Source: a virus
Taxonomy: Duplodnaviria; Caudoviricetes
Length of the DNA stretch: 62,447 bases
Reading direction: 5' to 3' (one strand)
IMG/VR virus record: IMGVR_UViG_3300006919_000053
Location: 1-62,447 of that record
Shown here: piece after piece, positions 9,539 through 20,178 of the stretch
Layout: each line of letters starts with the position of its first letter
Numbering within the stretch: the first letter of the stretch is position 1
The notes under the pieces: generated by a model
Databases searched by the model: none
What the model was told of the DNA's origin: nothing
What the model saw: the letters and a program-made list of their open reading frames with translations, nothing else
Made by a program: the position numbers and the translations under genes

Positions 9539-10447
9539 TTAATCACTACCAAAACTGTAGTTCGGATTTAAATATTTACTTCCTCCAATTGCCGAAAAAG
9601 GTCCTCCGTATTGACTGACGAAATTATCTATTCCTTGAGAAGTAAAACTTGAAAGACCAGAACCTAAATCAAAAGAACCCATGTTTTGCGGTTGTAGAGA
9701 AGCGGGAGTACTTACCACGCTCTTAGCTTGAGCAAAGTTACCCGCTAAGGCTTGAGCCCCGAAGCTTGCAGCCGTACCAATCACACTTCCTATTGCTTGA
9801 TTTTGAGCTTGCCTAGCTTGAGCTTCGGCTGCTCCGTACTGGCTAACCATTGCTTGTGTTCTATCTAATTGTCTCATCTCTCTTTGTTCTCTCTGTCCGT
9901 AGACAAATGCTTTTCCAGATACATCTGCCATTTGTTGTCTAATAGCTTCTCCCATTCTGGCTTGTTGTGCTTGTTGTTCTCCTTGGGCTCTAAGTTGCGC
10001 GTTTGCTACTTCTTGTTGTTCTATACGTGCAGATATACCCTGTTTACTTTCAGCCGCTGCTCTAGCAAGCGCAGTAGCCCCTCCAGCCGAACGTCCAGTA
10101 GCCCTTAGCGTGTCTAGTGTCGATGCTAAAGCCATATCTGTTTGTTCTGCTTGCATTTCTGCTGCTTGTGTTGCTACTTGTAGGTTTTCAAACGGATTTG
10201 TTATCATGCTACTTAAATCAGTGATACCCGCGTAAGGGTCTATGATAGCTTGTCTATTTGCTTCTAAATTTGCAAGTTTTCTTTCGGCTTGTATTTTTGC
10301 GTTTCTAGCTCTTCTTTTTTGTCTTCCAGCGCTAAAAGCACCAACAAGAGCAGAAACTCCCTGGGCTATACCAGCGATAGCCAGAGGCGGAATAGCTTGT
10401 TGATACTCTCCAGTGCCAAATAAGAACTCTAAAATAACTTCATTCAT
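9539..10447 (-). CDS. Putative DNA ejection/pilot protein
   Basis: A/G/Q-rich; N-terminal hydrophobic AIAGIAQGVSALVGAF followed by coiled coil, typical of podovirus ejection proteins. Confidence 0.65.
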   Translation of the reverse strand: MNEVILEFLFGTGEYQQAIPPLAIAGIAQGVSALVGAFSAGRQKRRARNAKIQAERKLANLEANRQAIIDPYAGITDLSSMITNPFENLQVATQAAEMQAEQTDMALASTLDTLRATGRSAGGATALARAAAESKQGISARIEQQEVANAQLRAQGEQQAQQARMGEAIRQQMADVSGKAFVYGQREQREMRQLDRTQAMVSQYGAAEAQARQAQNQAIGSVIGTAASFGAQALAGNFAQAKSVVSTPASLQPQNMGSFDLGSGLSSFTSQGIDNFVSQYGGPFSAIGGSKYLNPNYSFGSD

Positions 10448-10448
10448 A

Positions 10449-11660
10449 TTAATAGCTATTTATATTATAATTAGTTGAAACTGAAAACAATTCCTTGTAA
10501 TCAGTTGATGATGTTTGTATTTTCATTTTTGCAAAGAAACCTTTGATACCAGAAATATCATTTCCAAATACAACTTCCCCTGGATTTTCTCTAGAGGAGT
10601 TCATTATGTTTGAATAGAATTTATTGTTGTTTTTCTGGAATGCAGATATAAGTAAATCTTCATTTGCTAAATTGTATGAAGATATATTGTAAGCTTGGTC
10701 TGTATCTGTTTCTATATTAGATATATTCCACGTATCTGAGCCTTCATAATTTATAGTCAAAAAGTTTTTTGAAGCAGAAGGTTGTTCGTTAAATATAAAG
10801 TCTACACTTGAATCGTAAGATGTTCCATAGAATTCATTGTATTCATTTGTTGCATAATGCTCGTAAATATTGTTTGAGTTAAAAGTATAAAATTTTCCAG
10901 CTAAACTGCCAGAAAAACCTTGAGGGATAAAACTAAAAAATGAGGTCCATCCATTTACAGATTCGTCAAAAGTAACCGTAAAACTATCTGAAGGTCTTTT
11001 TGCTGTAAGTGTTAAGTTTTTATCATAAACGTCCCAAGCTAAATGTATTTCAGTAGCGTCTGAAAGATTATCTCTAAAATACGTTCTCATTCCATAATTA
11101 GATATTTCTGTCATTCCATCTCTGGACAATCTCAAAACAGCTCCCTTTGCTTTGTCAGTGAAATAAATTCTTCCTGCATATTCAGCAAAAGACTCTGGGT
11201 TATTAGAAATACCGTAATTTGACGAGTAAGGCACTATATCTCCTAAAAACACATTTGAAGATGTCGCTAAAGGGACTCCTTCTGAAGTGTATATTATATC
11301 TTTATTTACAGGAAAGTAAGAAACTTTTTCTTCTTGAAATATATTTAAAGATTTGTCTTTTGCGTATAGTTTTTGTATAGACCCTTTTTGTATATCTACA
11401 GCAGCAGTTATAGGCTTGTCAATAGGAAATTGATTCGTATTGTTTACACCTGTCCTACTATTGTAAATTCCAGAGTAAATCAGCGCGTTTTCTCTAGTTT
11501 CTTCTTCGTAAGATTCATCTGTTATATGAGCTCTAACGCCATAATCAACAGACTTTCCATTAAAATCACCTTTTATCCTTGATTCTTCTATGTGAAACTT
11601 ATTGTTATCGTCTTTTATTATAAAGGTATTGTAATAATCTACTTCTATTATGTATGCCAT
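10449..11660 (-). CDS. Tail tubular/stabilization protein (nozzle), C-terminal-type part
   Basis: Beta-propeller-like motifs (YGISNNPESFA, YFTDKAKGAVLRLSRDG, GWTSFFSF). Confidence 0.7.
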   Translation of the reverse strand: MAYIIEVDYYNTFIIKDDNNKFHIEESRIKGDFNGKSVDYGVRAHITDESYEEETRENALIYSGIYNSRTGVNNTNQFPIDKPITAAVDIQKGSIQKLYAKDKSLNIFQEEKVSYFPVNKDIIYTSEGVPLATSSNVFLGDIVPYSSNYGISNNPESFAEYAGRIYFTDKAKGAVLRLSRDGMTEISNYGMRTYFRDNLSDATEIHLAWDVYDKNLTLTAKRPSDSFTVTFDESVNGWTSFFSFIPQGFSGSLAGKFYTFNSNNIYEHYATNEYNEFYGTSYDSSVDFIFNEQPSASKNFLTINYEGSDTWNISNIETDTDQAYNISSYNLANEDLLISAFQKNNNKFYSNIMNSSRENPGEVVFGNDISGIKGFFAKMKIQTSSTDYKELFSVSTNYNINSY

Positions 11661-11661
11661 A

Positions 11662-14600
11662 TTATGGAATGTTTTCGTCTGGTTTTGAGCCTAATCCGTA
11701 AGGGTTTTCGTCTTCAGGCTCTCCAAATACTAAATCATTTTCAGCTGGGGGGCTATAACTCCTTGCATTTTCTGCGTCTTCTTGTGTTAATGTATCACAA
11801 TAAGCTGGAGTATCAAACCACCACACAGCGCCTCCAGCTGGAGAGCCATCTGCATGATAATATCCTATAACCCTTGTGTCTGTTCTTTTATACCATCCGC
11901 TATTAGCTGCCGTTGTAAGTTCTCTTGTTTTATACATTCTTCCTGGTTCAACTGCTCCTTCTTCAACAACAAAAGGGTCATTTCCAGCATAAAATATACG
12001 AGCTAAACTCCATTCTGGACCACTAACTGGACTTTGACAAGCATCGTATGCATTAGAAAAGTTTTCTGGAGCAGAATAATATAGTTGAGCACTAAACTCA
12101 ATATCACTGTCTTTTACTCCATCTCCCGAACTGCCTAAATCAAAAGAAGTAAGCGTTACTGTAATCTCTTCACTGTCAAATGTTTCATTTATATTAATCT
12201 GGTTGTCATCTACTCCTGTTTTTAAATTTTTTTCGCTTGCTTTTATCTTTATTATTATTTCATCTCCGTGTTCATGTCCTCCATCGTCGTCTCCAGGAGC
12301 GTCATTTAGGTTTGAAAAAGCATTTTCGTATGTAATTATACCAGCTCCAGCATCGTCTCCAGTTCCATCGACTATCTTAAATACCTCGCTAGCGTTTAAT
12401 GTAGTGGAAGCGTCTGTAAATTTAGTATAATCTTCTACAATAGGATTATTTTCTAAAGCTGTATCTACATAGGTTACAGGTTTCAAATCTGTGTAAGTAT
12501 GACCACTTCCGTCTTCATTTACGTGTTTATGTTTTATAGAAACAAAAGAAAAAGTAAATCCGTCTTTTGCAAATTCAGCTGAATCAACAGAACCTCTTTT
12601 AGCCGTACCGTTATTCCCGAAAACTCTAAAAACTTGGTCGTTGTTTGTAAAAGTTCCGTCTGAGTCATAGGTACCGTTATTTGTAAGGGTTTTTCCATCA
12701 AAAGAAGCTGATATAGGCCCTATACATATAGGTGCAGAATTTTCTTCTATAACAACTACCTTGGTGGTTTCTGCTGTTGAGTCTCCTACAAACTTGTAAT
12801 CAATATATATTGGTCTTGAAGAAAAGTGATAAGGGTTAGGAATAGCTTCAAAACCACTTGGAAAAACATAAGTGTATTTAAATGCTTCATTCAAATAAAT
12901 AGCCCACCTAGAAGAGTTTCTATCAAACACAACTTTGTATCTAGAACTAACTGTGCTGTCATCTTGAGAAGATGTAAGTGATAATTCAACAAATCCACCA
13001 GGGACTTCTTTTCCATTAGAGTCTCTTATATATAAATCTGCTATTTTAGTATTTGCAAAAGAAGACTCAGAAACTTTTATTAGAGGAAAAGTTCTAGTGC
13101 CGTCATGAGGAGGGTGGTTTTGTGCCTCTGCGTAACTTCCGAACTCAAGGCTAAAACATATTGGAGCGTTTGAATTGAAATCATACTCATTAATACCTGT
13201 ATTTATGTCTGTTATCAGACCTGTTGTTGGTGTTTCGTAATATATGTCTAAAGAAGACTGAAATGGTTCTGTTTCAAAAACAGCGAAATCTCCATCATTT
13301 CTAAATGAGGAATATCTAGTGCCCATTTCCACATTAACTTTACCAATTAAAGGGTTTTGAAGGTCTTCATATATTTTTGCGCTTTGCTTAAACTCATAAT
13401 CTTTTAAATTGGCTACGTCTACAACCTCAAGTAAATCAAAAGAGGAATTTCTGTAAGTTCTCTCAAAAGTTTGCCCTACGCCTGTAGATATGTTAACTAC
13501 CTTAGGATAAACTCTTACCGTTGAGTTTGCAAACAAGTCATCTTGGTCTTTAGCTCCAGACTCTCTAGGTAGTTTGTTCACGTTGTCAGCGTGAATTACA
13601 AAATGGCTTCTTTCTCTTCCGTAATTCCAAACACCAGGAGTATAAACATTGTAATATTCTTGTTCAGTTTGTTTTACAACAATTCTATAAGAATACCATC
13701 CAGTAACATTTGTCGATGCGTTGTAGAGCGTATCTGTAGCTATAGAAGAATTAAATAAAACTTTTAATGAATCTCCATCAAAATCAAGATTATCAAAATC
13801 TTTTCCTTTTGCTTCTACGGTTATTGTAGAGCTATCACTTAGTATAACAGGAGAGGTTCTACCGAATATATCAGAAAGAACAATTCCCACTTCATAAGTT
13901 CTTCTTTGTTTTATACTTTGATTTCCTAAAATATAATTAGAGCTTGACTCTGTTGAAACTCCTCCAGATTCAGAATACGTTTCTCCTCTTTTTGAATAAG
14001 AAACAGAATAATCTATACTTGGTAAGTCTTGCTTTGTAGTTATATTACCATAAACGACTCTATTGCCAACAATTTCTTGCGCTTTTGCTTTTATAGGTAT
14101 ATTGTCAAAAACTCTTGTAATCTGATCTTCTGGAAGAGTGGATTTAAAGTTTGAAGATTTGTAGGTGTATGATTTTGATGTGCCATCAGAATCTGAAACA
14201 TCTAAAGACTCTATTATTCTTACTGCATTGCTATCAGACTCTTTGTAAAGTATTTCTATTTTTTCTATCTCATAATCACTTGTAGGATTAGTAGGTAGAG
14301 GTATGGTCATAGGAACTTTATTAATCTTATTGACCATATTGCTTATTGTGGTTTTAGAAGCAAGCTCATACAAGTCGCTTGTTCTAAATGCACTATCACT
14401 ATTGTATCTTTTTGTTGTGTTTATAACATTACTGTCCATTCTAAAAACAATAGGTGTGAATGGAGATAATATAGAATACTCATTGTCTTTAAACTTGTAT
14501 CTATAAGCGAATCTAACAAACTCTTCTTTTATTCTTTCTGAACGTATGTCAGCGTCATAAAAATCACTAGCTGTTGTTGATGTTATTTGAGGAGGTAAAT

Positions 14601-15099
14601 ATGGAGCGTACCTAGCTACAGATACTTTTATGTCTGAATCATAGTAGCTGTTATCCGATACAGCTCTAGGTACATTTATTCTTCTTGGCTGATTTCTATT
14701 GTCTGTCCAGAAAAATAAATCTTCAAGAATGTTTACTCCAGTTATCTTGTTTGATTTATTAAAATTTAACCAAGTCCCAGAAACTATAGCTGAAGCAGTA
14801 GAATCTCCGACGTTCCATAAATAAATGTAGTTGTTTGTGTTGTTGGTTACAAACCAAAAAATCCTATCGTTTTTTTCGTCAAAAAAAGAACCAATAGTCT
14901 CATGGCCTTCTCCAACAGGAGCTAAAGCTGTATGAGCTATTTTATTTCCTTTTATATTATGTATAACACCTACATTAGAACCTTCTGATTTTGTAACTTG
15001 AACGTTCAATGCGTCTCTGTATTCGCCTTTAGGAACAATTCTGTCATCAAGACTCTTGTTCATCTTTCCAGCAAGAAACGTGTTTTTAATTTCTGGCAT
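11662..15099 (-). CDS. Tail tubular/stabilization protein (nozzle), N-terminal-type part
   Basis: Starts MPEIKNTFLAGKMNKSLDDR..GEYRDALNV; FFWTDNRNQPRRIN; FAYRYKF motifs like those of Bacteroidota podophage tail proteins. Confidence 0.7.
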   Translation of the reverse strand: MPEIKNTFLAGKMNKSLDDRIVPKGEYRDALNVQVTKSEGSNVGVIHNIKGNKIAHTALAPVGEGHETIGSFFDEKNDRIFWFVTNNTNNYIYLWNVGDSTASAIVSGTWLNFNKSNKITGVNILEDLFFWTDNRNQPRRINVPRAVSDNSYYDSDIKVSVARYAPYLPPQITSTTASDFYDADIRSERIKEEFVRFAYRYKFKDNEYSILSPFTPIVFRMDSNVINTTKRYNSDSAFRTSDLYELASKTTISNMVNKINKVPMTIPLPTNPTSDYEIEKIEILYKESDSNAVRIIESLDVSDSDGTSKSYTYKSSNFKSTLPEDQITRVFDNIPIKAKAQEIVGNRVVYGNITTKQDLPSIDYSVSYSKRGETYSESGGVSTESSSNYILGNQSIKQRRTYEVGIVLSDIFGRTSPVILSDSSTITVEAKGKDFDNLDFDGDSLKVLFNSSIATDTLYNASTNVTGWYSYRIVVKQTEQEYYNVYTPGVWNYGRERSHFVIHADNVNKLPRESGAKDQDDLFANSTVRVYPKVVNISTGVGQTFERTYRNSSFDLLEVVDVANLKDYEFKQSAKIYEDLQNPLIGKVNVEMGTRYSSFRNDGDFAVFETEPFQSSLDIYYETPTTGLITDINTGINEYDFNSNAPICFSLEFGSYAEAQNHPPHDGTRTFPLIKVSESSFANTKIADLYIRDSNGKEVPGGFVELSLTSSQDDSTVSSRYKVVFDRNSSRWAIYLNEAFKYTYVFPSGFEAIPNPYHFSSRPIYIDYKFVGDSTAETTKVVVIEENSAPICIGPISASFDGKTLTNNGTYDSDGTFTNNDQVFRVFGNNGTAKRGSVDSAEFAKDGFTFSFVSIKHKHVNEDGSGHTYTDLKPVTYVDTALENNPIVEDYTKFTDASTTLNASEVFKIVDGTGDDAGAGIITYENAFSNLNDAPGDDDGGHEHGDEIIIKIKASEKNLKTGVDDNQININETFDSEEITVTLTSFDLGSSGDGVKDSDIEFSAQLYYSAPENFSNAYDACQSPVSGPEWSLARIFYAGNDPFVVEEGAVEPGRMYKTRELTTAANSGWYKRTDTRVIGYYHADGSPAGGAVWWFDTPAYCDTLTQEDAENARSYSPPAENDLVFGEPEDENPYGLGSKPDENIP

Positions 15100-15103
15100 T
15101 TAA

Positions 15104-16003
15104 TTAGTGTTTAATATGTTTGGACTTGCCCCGCATCACATTTGTCATTTCTGACATTTTTAAATCGTATAGTCTTAACTTAGCGCTTCTCATAGCTCCT
15201 CTACGCTCTCTTTTAAAGCGGTTTACTATATACTCTGGAACATTAGCCATAGAAGACAAAATACCGTGCGCTACGTGCTTGTAAATAGCTTCTTCTGCAA
15301 ACTTATGAACCTTCATTTCATCATCAGTACCTAATCCGTCTGAAATATATTTCAACGTTATCACGGTTTCTACCAGATTACTGCTAAAATTAATTTTTCC
15401 GTTAGCCTCGTCAATAATAAACATGCCGTTTGTGTTAGCAAGTTCTGGTTCTGCTCCATATCTTTTTCCAGACTCTAAAAATCTTTCAGCTGGAAAATCA
15501 GAATTGTAAAAATAGTCATTATTAGAACCTCCTCCAGATAATTCATTAGCGTTTAAATCGTTAAATCTTTGTACTGTATCTGATGTAGTTTCTGTCGCTA
15601 AGTTTCCGTTAGAAAAAGTATAATCTCCATCACTGTCTTGCACGATAGCCTCTGATGGAGAAGATGTTATTCTACCCTTTGGTATTGGGTGCTCTACACC
15701 AGCTTTATCAACCCAAGATATAGCTACGTAGTTAACATAATCTTGAGGCATCGGTATAGATAATGTAGAAGGTATTTCTACTTCTTGTATTTTTTCTACT
15801 CTTGTAATATCATAAGAGAACTCTTGGATAGCTCTTTTTGTATGAAAAACAACATCTCTTCTGTTTGCTCTGCCAATAATTTTACCCTCTCCTACGTAAG
15901 AAAACATAAAGTTATTGACGATGTCTGAAAGAGAAGTGTATCTGTATCCACCAAAATCAGAGCCCTCGTAGTATGTTTGATTGTTATCTGTTATTAGTCC
16001 CAT
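15104..16003 (-). CDS. Head-tail adaptor / tail ring protein
   Basis: MPQDYVNYV motif; position between the capsid block and nozzle genes. Confidence 0.6.
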   Translation of the reverse strand: MGLITDNNQTYYEGSDFGGYRYTSLSDIVNNFMFSYVGEGKIIGRANRRDVVFHTKRAIQEFSYDITRVEKIQEVEIPSTLSIPMPQDYVNYVAISWVDKAGVEHPIPKGRITSSPSEAIVQDSDGDYTFSNGNLATETTSDTVQRFNDLNANELSGGGSNNDYFYNSDFPAERFLESGKRYGAEPELANTNGMFIIDEANGKINFSSNLVETVITLKYISDGLGTDDEMKVHKFAEEAIYKHVAHGILSSMANVPEYIVNRFKRERRGAMRSAKLRLYDLKMSEMTNVMRGKSKHIKH

Positions 16004-16698
16004 TATAAGTTGTCTTGATTAAAATCGTTAGCTTCTTTTTGCGCTGCAATTTGTATCACAGTTGGGTCTTTTATTATTACACCAGAATAAGCTAAAATTT
16101 TTGTTACTAAATCTGTTTCATCAGACTGGTGTATTGAAAAATCAGTTGACTCATCCGCATCATAAGTATATGCGTTTGCACCACCACCAGAATAACCCCA
16201 TATAGGGTCAGAAGGCAATGTTAAGTAGTCAACAAGAACACTTATAGTGTCTGAAGGGATTATTTTTATTGAACTACCTTCTTGGTAAAAAACAGGATAT
16301 GTTGAAGTGGGTTGATTTAATTTTGAGCCTTTAAGATAAGGTATTTCTTCTTTTCGTACTTCCTCAAACTCTTTGTCTCTTGTTGTAGAAAAAACACCAA
16401 TAAGTCTATGCAAATCTGTAGGTTGAGAGCCTACCCCACTTGAGCAAGAAACAGTAGCTTCTTTTGCGAATATGTCTATTTTTTCTTTTATATTTGAAGC
16501 TATGTCGCTGTATTCTCTAAAATCTCCTACAACTTGCTTCCTAACAGCCCTATTGTAATCGTAGAATGTTTTTTCATACACATCAAGCTGTGCTTGCCTT
16601 GCAATACGATTAAACTGGTCTGGGGTTAAGTATCCTCTTTGTTCTTTGTTTAAAATGGATAACACTACCCTGTAAACTTTATTTACGTTAATAGCCAT
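16003..16698 (-). CDS. Head-tail adaptor / tail ring protein
   Basis: ILNKEQRGYLTPDQFN..AQ motif; synteny. Confidence 0.6.
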   Translation of the reverse strand: MAINVNKVYRVVLSILNKEQRGYLTPDQFNRIARQAQLDVYEKTFYDYNRAVRKQVVGDFREYSDIASNIKEKIDIFAKEATVSCSSGVGSQPTDLHRLIGVFSTTRDKEFEEVRKEEIPYLKGSKLNQPTSTYPVFYQEGSSIKIIPSDTISVLVDYLTLPSDPIWGYSGGGANAYTYDADESTDFSIHQSDETDLVTKILAYSGVIIKDPTVIQIAAQKEANDFNQDNL

Positions 16699-16712
16699 AT
16701 TCTATAAATAAA

Positions 16713-16730
16713 ATGGGGCCGAAGCCCCAT
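16713..16730 (-). terminator. Rho-independent terminator
   Basis: Minus strand ATGGGGC-TTCG-GCCCCAT then TTTATTT, just after the stop at 16734. Confidence 0.8.
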
Positions 16731-16733
16731 CGG

Positions 16734-17468
16734 TTATTTCAATTTCTTTTCAATTGCCCCATAAACTTCAACACCTTCATCTGTTTTAAACCAGGCTGCA
16801 AGTGCAGAGTATGGATTTTCATCAAAAGGAACTGTCATTAGTTTCCTTCCGTTCGACGCCCACTTAAAAGTACGTTGGTCGTCTGATAGTTTTATTACAT
16901 TAGCTTCTACAGCTTTTATCCCTACGTTTCGAATTGCTACGTTTTCATCGTTAGCAAGTTCTAAAAACTCTTTAGGATTATTTCTTGCAAAAACTAGTAA
17001 ATCTCTTTTAAGTTCTTTAGATGTCATCTTAGATACAGAAGAACCTATTTCTACACGCATAATTGCTTCGGCTTGATCTACATCCATTTGCCTTGCTGCA
17101 ATTAACGCATCTACCTCATATTCAATTATTTCTAATTCATCTTCTGCCTCTGCAACAGCGTCAAATTCATAATAAACCTTGTTCAGACCAGGATGATATA
17201 GAGATAGTAGTTTTTGTAGTATTTGCTTTTCTTTAGGTACGTTCAATACCCCGTCTTCAAAAACAATGTGTTCGAGTCTTTGGACTCCTTGCATTTCATC
17301 TACAAAAACTGTTTTTTGATTTCTTGTGTTTTTTAATTCTCTTTCATAACCTTTTTCTTCATCAAACCAGAATATATTTCTTGATTTTAAAGTAAAAGTT
17401 AAAGGAGACATCCCTTTTTTCAAAATGTACGCGCGGTCTTTAATCTCCCAATTTTGTTTTTTTGCCAT
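16734..17468 (-). CDS. Conserved capsid-block protein (probable start MAKKQNW at 17468)
   Basis: ORF directly after the capsid gene; the upstream extension in the track is AT-rich leader and terminator sequence. Confidence 0.7.
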   Translation of the reverse strand: MAKKQNWEIKDRAYILKKGMSPLTFTLKSRNIFWFDEEKGYERELKNTRNQKTVFVDEMQGVQRLEHIVFEDGVLNVPKEKQILQKLLSLYHPGLNKVYYEFDAVAEAEDELEIIEYEVDALIAARQMDVDQAEAIMRVEIGSSVSKMTSKELKRDLLVFARNNPKEFLELANDENVAIRNVGIKAVEANVIKLSDDQRTFKWASNGRKLMTVPFDENPYSALAAWFKTDEGVEVYGAIEKKLK

Positions 17469-17504
17469 GATATAATAATATAAAAATGAATAATATAAGT
17501 AAAG

Positions 17505-17531
17505 CCCGAGGCCGATAATCACGGCCCCAGG
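17505..17531 (-). terminator. Probable terminator after the major capsid gene
   Basis: Minus strand CCTGGGGCCG-TGATTAT-CGGCCTCGGG (10-bp stem with G-U pairs) then CTTTACTT. Confidence 0.6.
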
Positions 17532-17553
17532 TATTACTTAATTGTTATTATGA

Positions 17554-18933
17554 TTATTCGAAGTTTCCGAATAATACAAAGTTGTTCGCTCCTTGTACTA
17601 CCAAACATCTTTCAGATAAGTAGTGTACATCCATTACATCGTCTCCAGTAGTTGAAGCACCACCTACAGAACCAGTAATCCAAGTCTTCATTCTTCTATC
17701 GTCAGCTTCAGAAGCTCTATAACGAACGTGCAAGAATGGACGTTTTAGGTTTTTACCTAAGATTTGGTCGTATACTGAAGAAGTACCAGCTGGTACAAGA
17801 AGTCCAGTTACGTCAGAAGCGATAGCTCCTCTAGTAGCTGCATCATTTAAGTATTTCCAGTCACTTTTGTAGAAGTCATAAGAACCTCTTCTGAATCCAG
17901 AGAAACCTAAGTTAAGAGCCATATCCTCAGAGTTGTTAAATACTCCAAAAGAAACCCCTCCACTTGTATGAGGATTTAATCCAGCTAACATATCGTCGAA
18001 GTTCAAAGAAAGTGTTCTGTTTAAGAAAAGAACGTTTTCTTCGATAGCTCCTTGAGCGTCTAGCTTCTGTAACATGTTGTCAAAATCAGTTAAGTCGTCA
18101 GCAGCAGAAGAACCGTCTAATCCGTCTTCGAATACGTGACCTCTGGCTGTAACAGCAGCGAATAAACCTTCAGTACCTTTAAGGTCAAAGCTTGTGTTGT
18201 CGTTTTTCTCTGCCTCAACCAAAGACATTTCTAAGTAATCCTCGAAACGGCTTCTTGTCTCTCCTTCAGCTTTAAGATACCATAAGTATCCAGTTTCTCC
18301 AGCCTCTCCAGTTACTTCAACCCATCCAATTTGAGACGCATCAGAACCGTTGATTCCGTAGTGGTCTTTGATGATAATAGGTCTGTTAGTGAAAGTAGTG
18401 AATTTAGGCTCAACAGATTCGCTCATAGAAGCAGAACCTTTAGCGAATTCTGAACCATAAACAAATAGTTTAATTGCACTCGCTGTTGTTGCAATACCAG
18501 CTGCCACACACCCAGTGTCACTAGTGTAACACCTTACAGTAATACTGCTAGTACTTGGAACTGCGCTTACATAAGCCTTAACAGTGTCAGTTCCATCTGA
18601 AATAACAACTGTTTGTCCAACTCTAATAGCGTGGTTGGTTAAACCTGTAATTGTGTTAGCTTTGTTTGTGTCAGCTCCCATAGTACCTCCACTGTATGAT
18701 AAGTGCAAACGACCTTGCTCTGACCAAATAACTTGGTCTGAAGCCATAGGCATTTCAGCCCCTACCATTCTTAAAAACCCTCCTACAGAGCGGTCTCCAT
18801 AAATTTCACTTTCCTGTTCGTATAGCTCAGGAAGATATTGTTGCGCCCATCCGTTATTTTGAATATCTAAATAATTAGCGGATGTAGCTTGTTTTATAGG
18901 GGACACAGCTGTCCCGTTAAAATTAATTGCCAT
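17554..18933 (-). CDS. Major capsid protein
   Basis: 459 aa after portal and scaffold; WAQQYLPELYE, VIWSEQGRLH, GFRRGSYDFYK; biased codon use; followed by a terminator. Confidence 0.85.
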   Translation of the reverse strand: MAINFNGTAVSPIKQATSANYLDIQNNGWAQQYLPELYEQESEIYGDRSVGGFLRMVGAEMPMASDQVIWSEQGRLHLSYSGGTMGADTNKANTITGLTNHAIRVGQTVVISDGTDTVKAYVSAVPSTSSITVRCYTSDTGCVAAGIATTASAIKLFVYGSEFAKGSASMSESVEPKFTTFTNRPIIIKDHYGINGSDASQIGWVEVTGEAGETGYLWYLKAEGETRSRFEDYLEMSLVEAEKNDNTSFDLKGTEGLFAAVTARGHVFEDGLDGSSAADDLTDFDNMLQKLDAQGAIEENVLFLNRTLSLNFDDMLAGLNPHTSGGVSFGVFNNSEDMALNLGFSGFRRGSYDFYKSDWKYLNDAATRGAIASDVTGLLVPAGTSSVYDQILGKNLKRPFLHVRYRASEADDRRMKTWITGSVGGASTTGDDVMDVHYLSERCLVVQGANNFVLFGNFE

Positions 18934-18950
18934 CTTTTAAATTTTAGCGT

Positions 18951-20165
18951 TTATTTTTTCATTTTAATTCTCAGTCGTGAACTATCTTCGCCAGATATAG
19001 CTCTCACTTTTACTCCAGAAGTTTCGATGACTCCAGTTGAGGTTTTTCTTGGGTCCATGTTTATGTTTTTGGACTCCGCCTCTAGCTGTCTTAATGCATC
19101 TGCCTTTCCTTGTTCGTAAAAATGATTTGCAATAGTATCGGCATTTCTAGCAGCAAACAAAGCCTTGTGGTAACCTTTAGCATCTTTAAGCATGTTATTG
19201 TCATCTAAGAACGTCCTAAATGATTCTACTATGTCGCTTTGAGCTTGCTTGGTTTGTTGAACATCGTTCACCTTAAACCTATACTTGTTGTCTCCTACTT
19301 TGAAATCAAAACCTTTGAACTCTTCGCTGAAAACTTGATTGGTTAAGTTGGTAAACTGCTCAGACTGTTTTTGCTGCACAGCACTTAGTTCTTCTTGCTG
19401 TTTATTGTATGTATTATAAAATTCAATAGCTTGTTGTTGATCTGTTGTCAGATTTGAGCTCAACTTGACCTCATCATAATACCTATCTTTCAAGCTATTT
19501 AAGAACTTTCTAGCTTCATTAACCTCTTCTTTGTAGGCTAATTTTTTTCTTTTTATATCTCTAGCATCATCTATTTCTTCATCATACGAAAACTTATCTT
19601 CTAAAAGAAAGTTTATCTCATCGTTATCGAGATGTGATTTTGTTTGTTTGTAATATTCTTTAAGTAATGTTTCTTCGTCAATGTTAGAGTAATCTGCATT
19701 GAGTCGGACATAATCTTCAAGACTGCCTCCTGTTTCTTTCATAAAGTCTACTACCTTTTGAATATTCTCTGGTAGTACTACTTCTTCTTTTTCCTCTTGA
19801 ACGACAGGGGCTTCTTCTTGTACAACATCCTTTTTCTGGATGTCTTGTGTTTGCATCCGCAACTCATCCTCTTCTTCTTTTACTAATTCTAATACTGATT
19901 CTTCTTCTTGTTTGGAAGGTTCTTCGGAACTCCGTACTTCTTCTTCCACTTTTGGGCTAGTTTCGGGTTCGTCGCGAACAGGTACCTCATCTGCACTTTG
20001 CTCTTGAATGGCATCTTTTTCTTCTGTTTTAGGTGGTTGCCTTAAATCTACTTTGAAAGTTTTTTCTCCTTCAATCTTAACGCCACTGACTTTCAAGACA
20101 TCGGCTTCTTTTTGTTGAATAGAACCTTCTTTTTCTTGTTCTAATTGTTCTTGTACTTCTGACAT
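18951..20165 (-). CDS. Capsid scaffolding protein
   Basis: Very acidic N-terminus, coiled coil, HFYEQGKADA near the C-terminus; lies between portal and capsid genes. Confidence 0.7.
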   Translation of the reverse strand: MSEVQEQLEQEKEGSIQQKEADVLKVSGVKIEGEKTFKVDLRQPPKTEEKDAIQEQSADEVPVRDEPETSPKVEEEVRSSEEPSKQEEESVLELVKEEEDELRMQTQDIQKKDVVQEEAPVVQEEKEEVVLPENIQKVVDFMKETGGSLEDYVRLNADYSNIDEETLLKEYYKQTKSHLDNDEINFLLEDKFSYDEEIDDARDIKRKKLAYKEEVNEARKFLNSLKDRYYDEVKLSSNLTTDQQQAIEFYNTYNKQQEELSAVQQKQSEQFTNLTNQVFSEEFKGFDFKVGDNKYRFKVNDVQQTKQAQSDIVESFRTFLDDNNMLKDAKGYHKALFAARNADTIANHFYEQGKADALRQLEAESKNINMDPRKTSTGVIETSGVKVRAISGEDSSRLRIKMKK

Positions 20166-20178
20166 AATAATATATAAT

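Noticed and set aside
13771-13785. DFDGD, the RNA polymerase catalytic motif, in the 1145-aa protein
   Set aside because: It sits within a tail nozzle-type beta-rich protein with no double-psi-barrel context; most likely chance
10449-15099. Frameshifted or pseudogenised tail gene (two consecutive nozzle-like ORFs)
   Set aside because: A clean stop is followed 1 nt later by an ATG, and both ORFs look intact; a natural split is more likely
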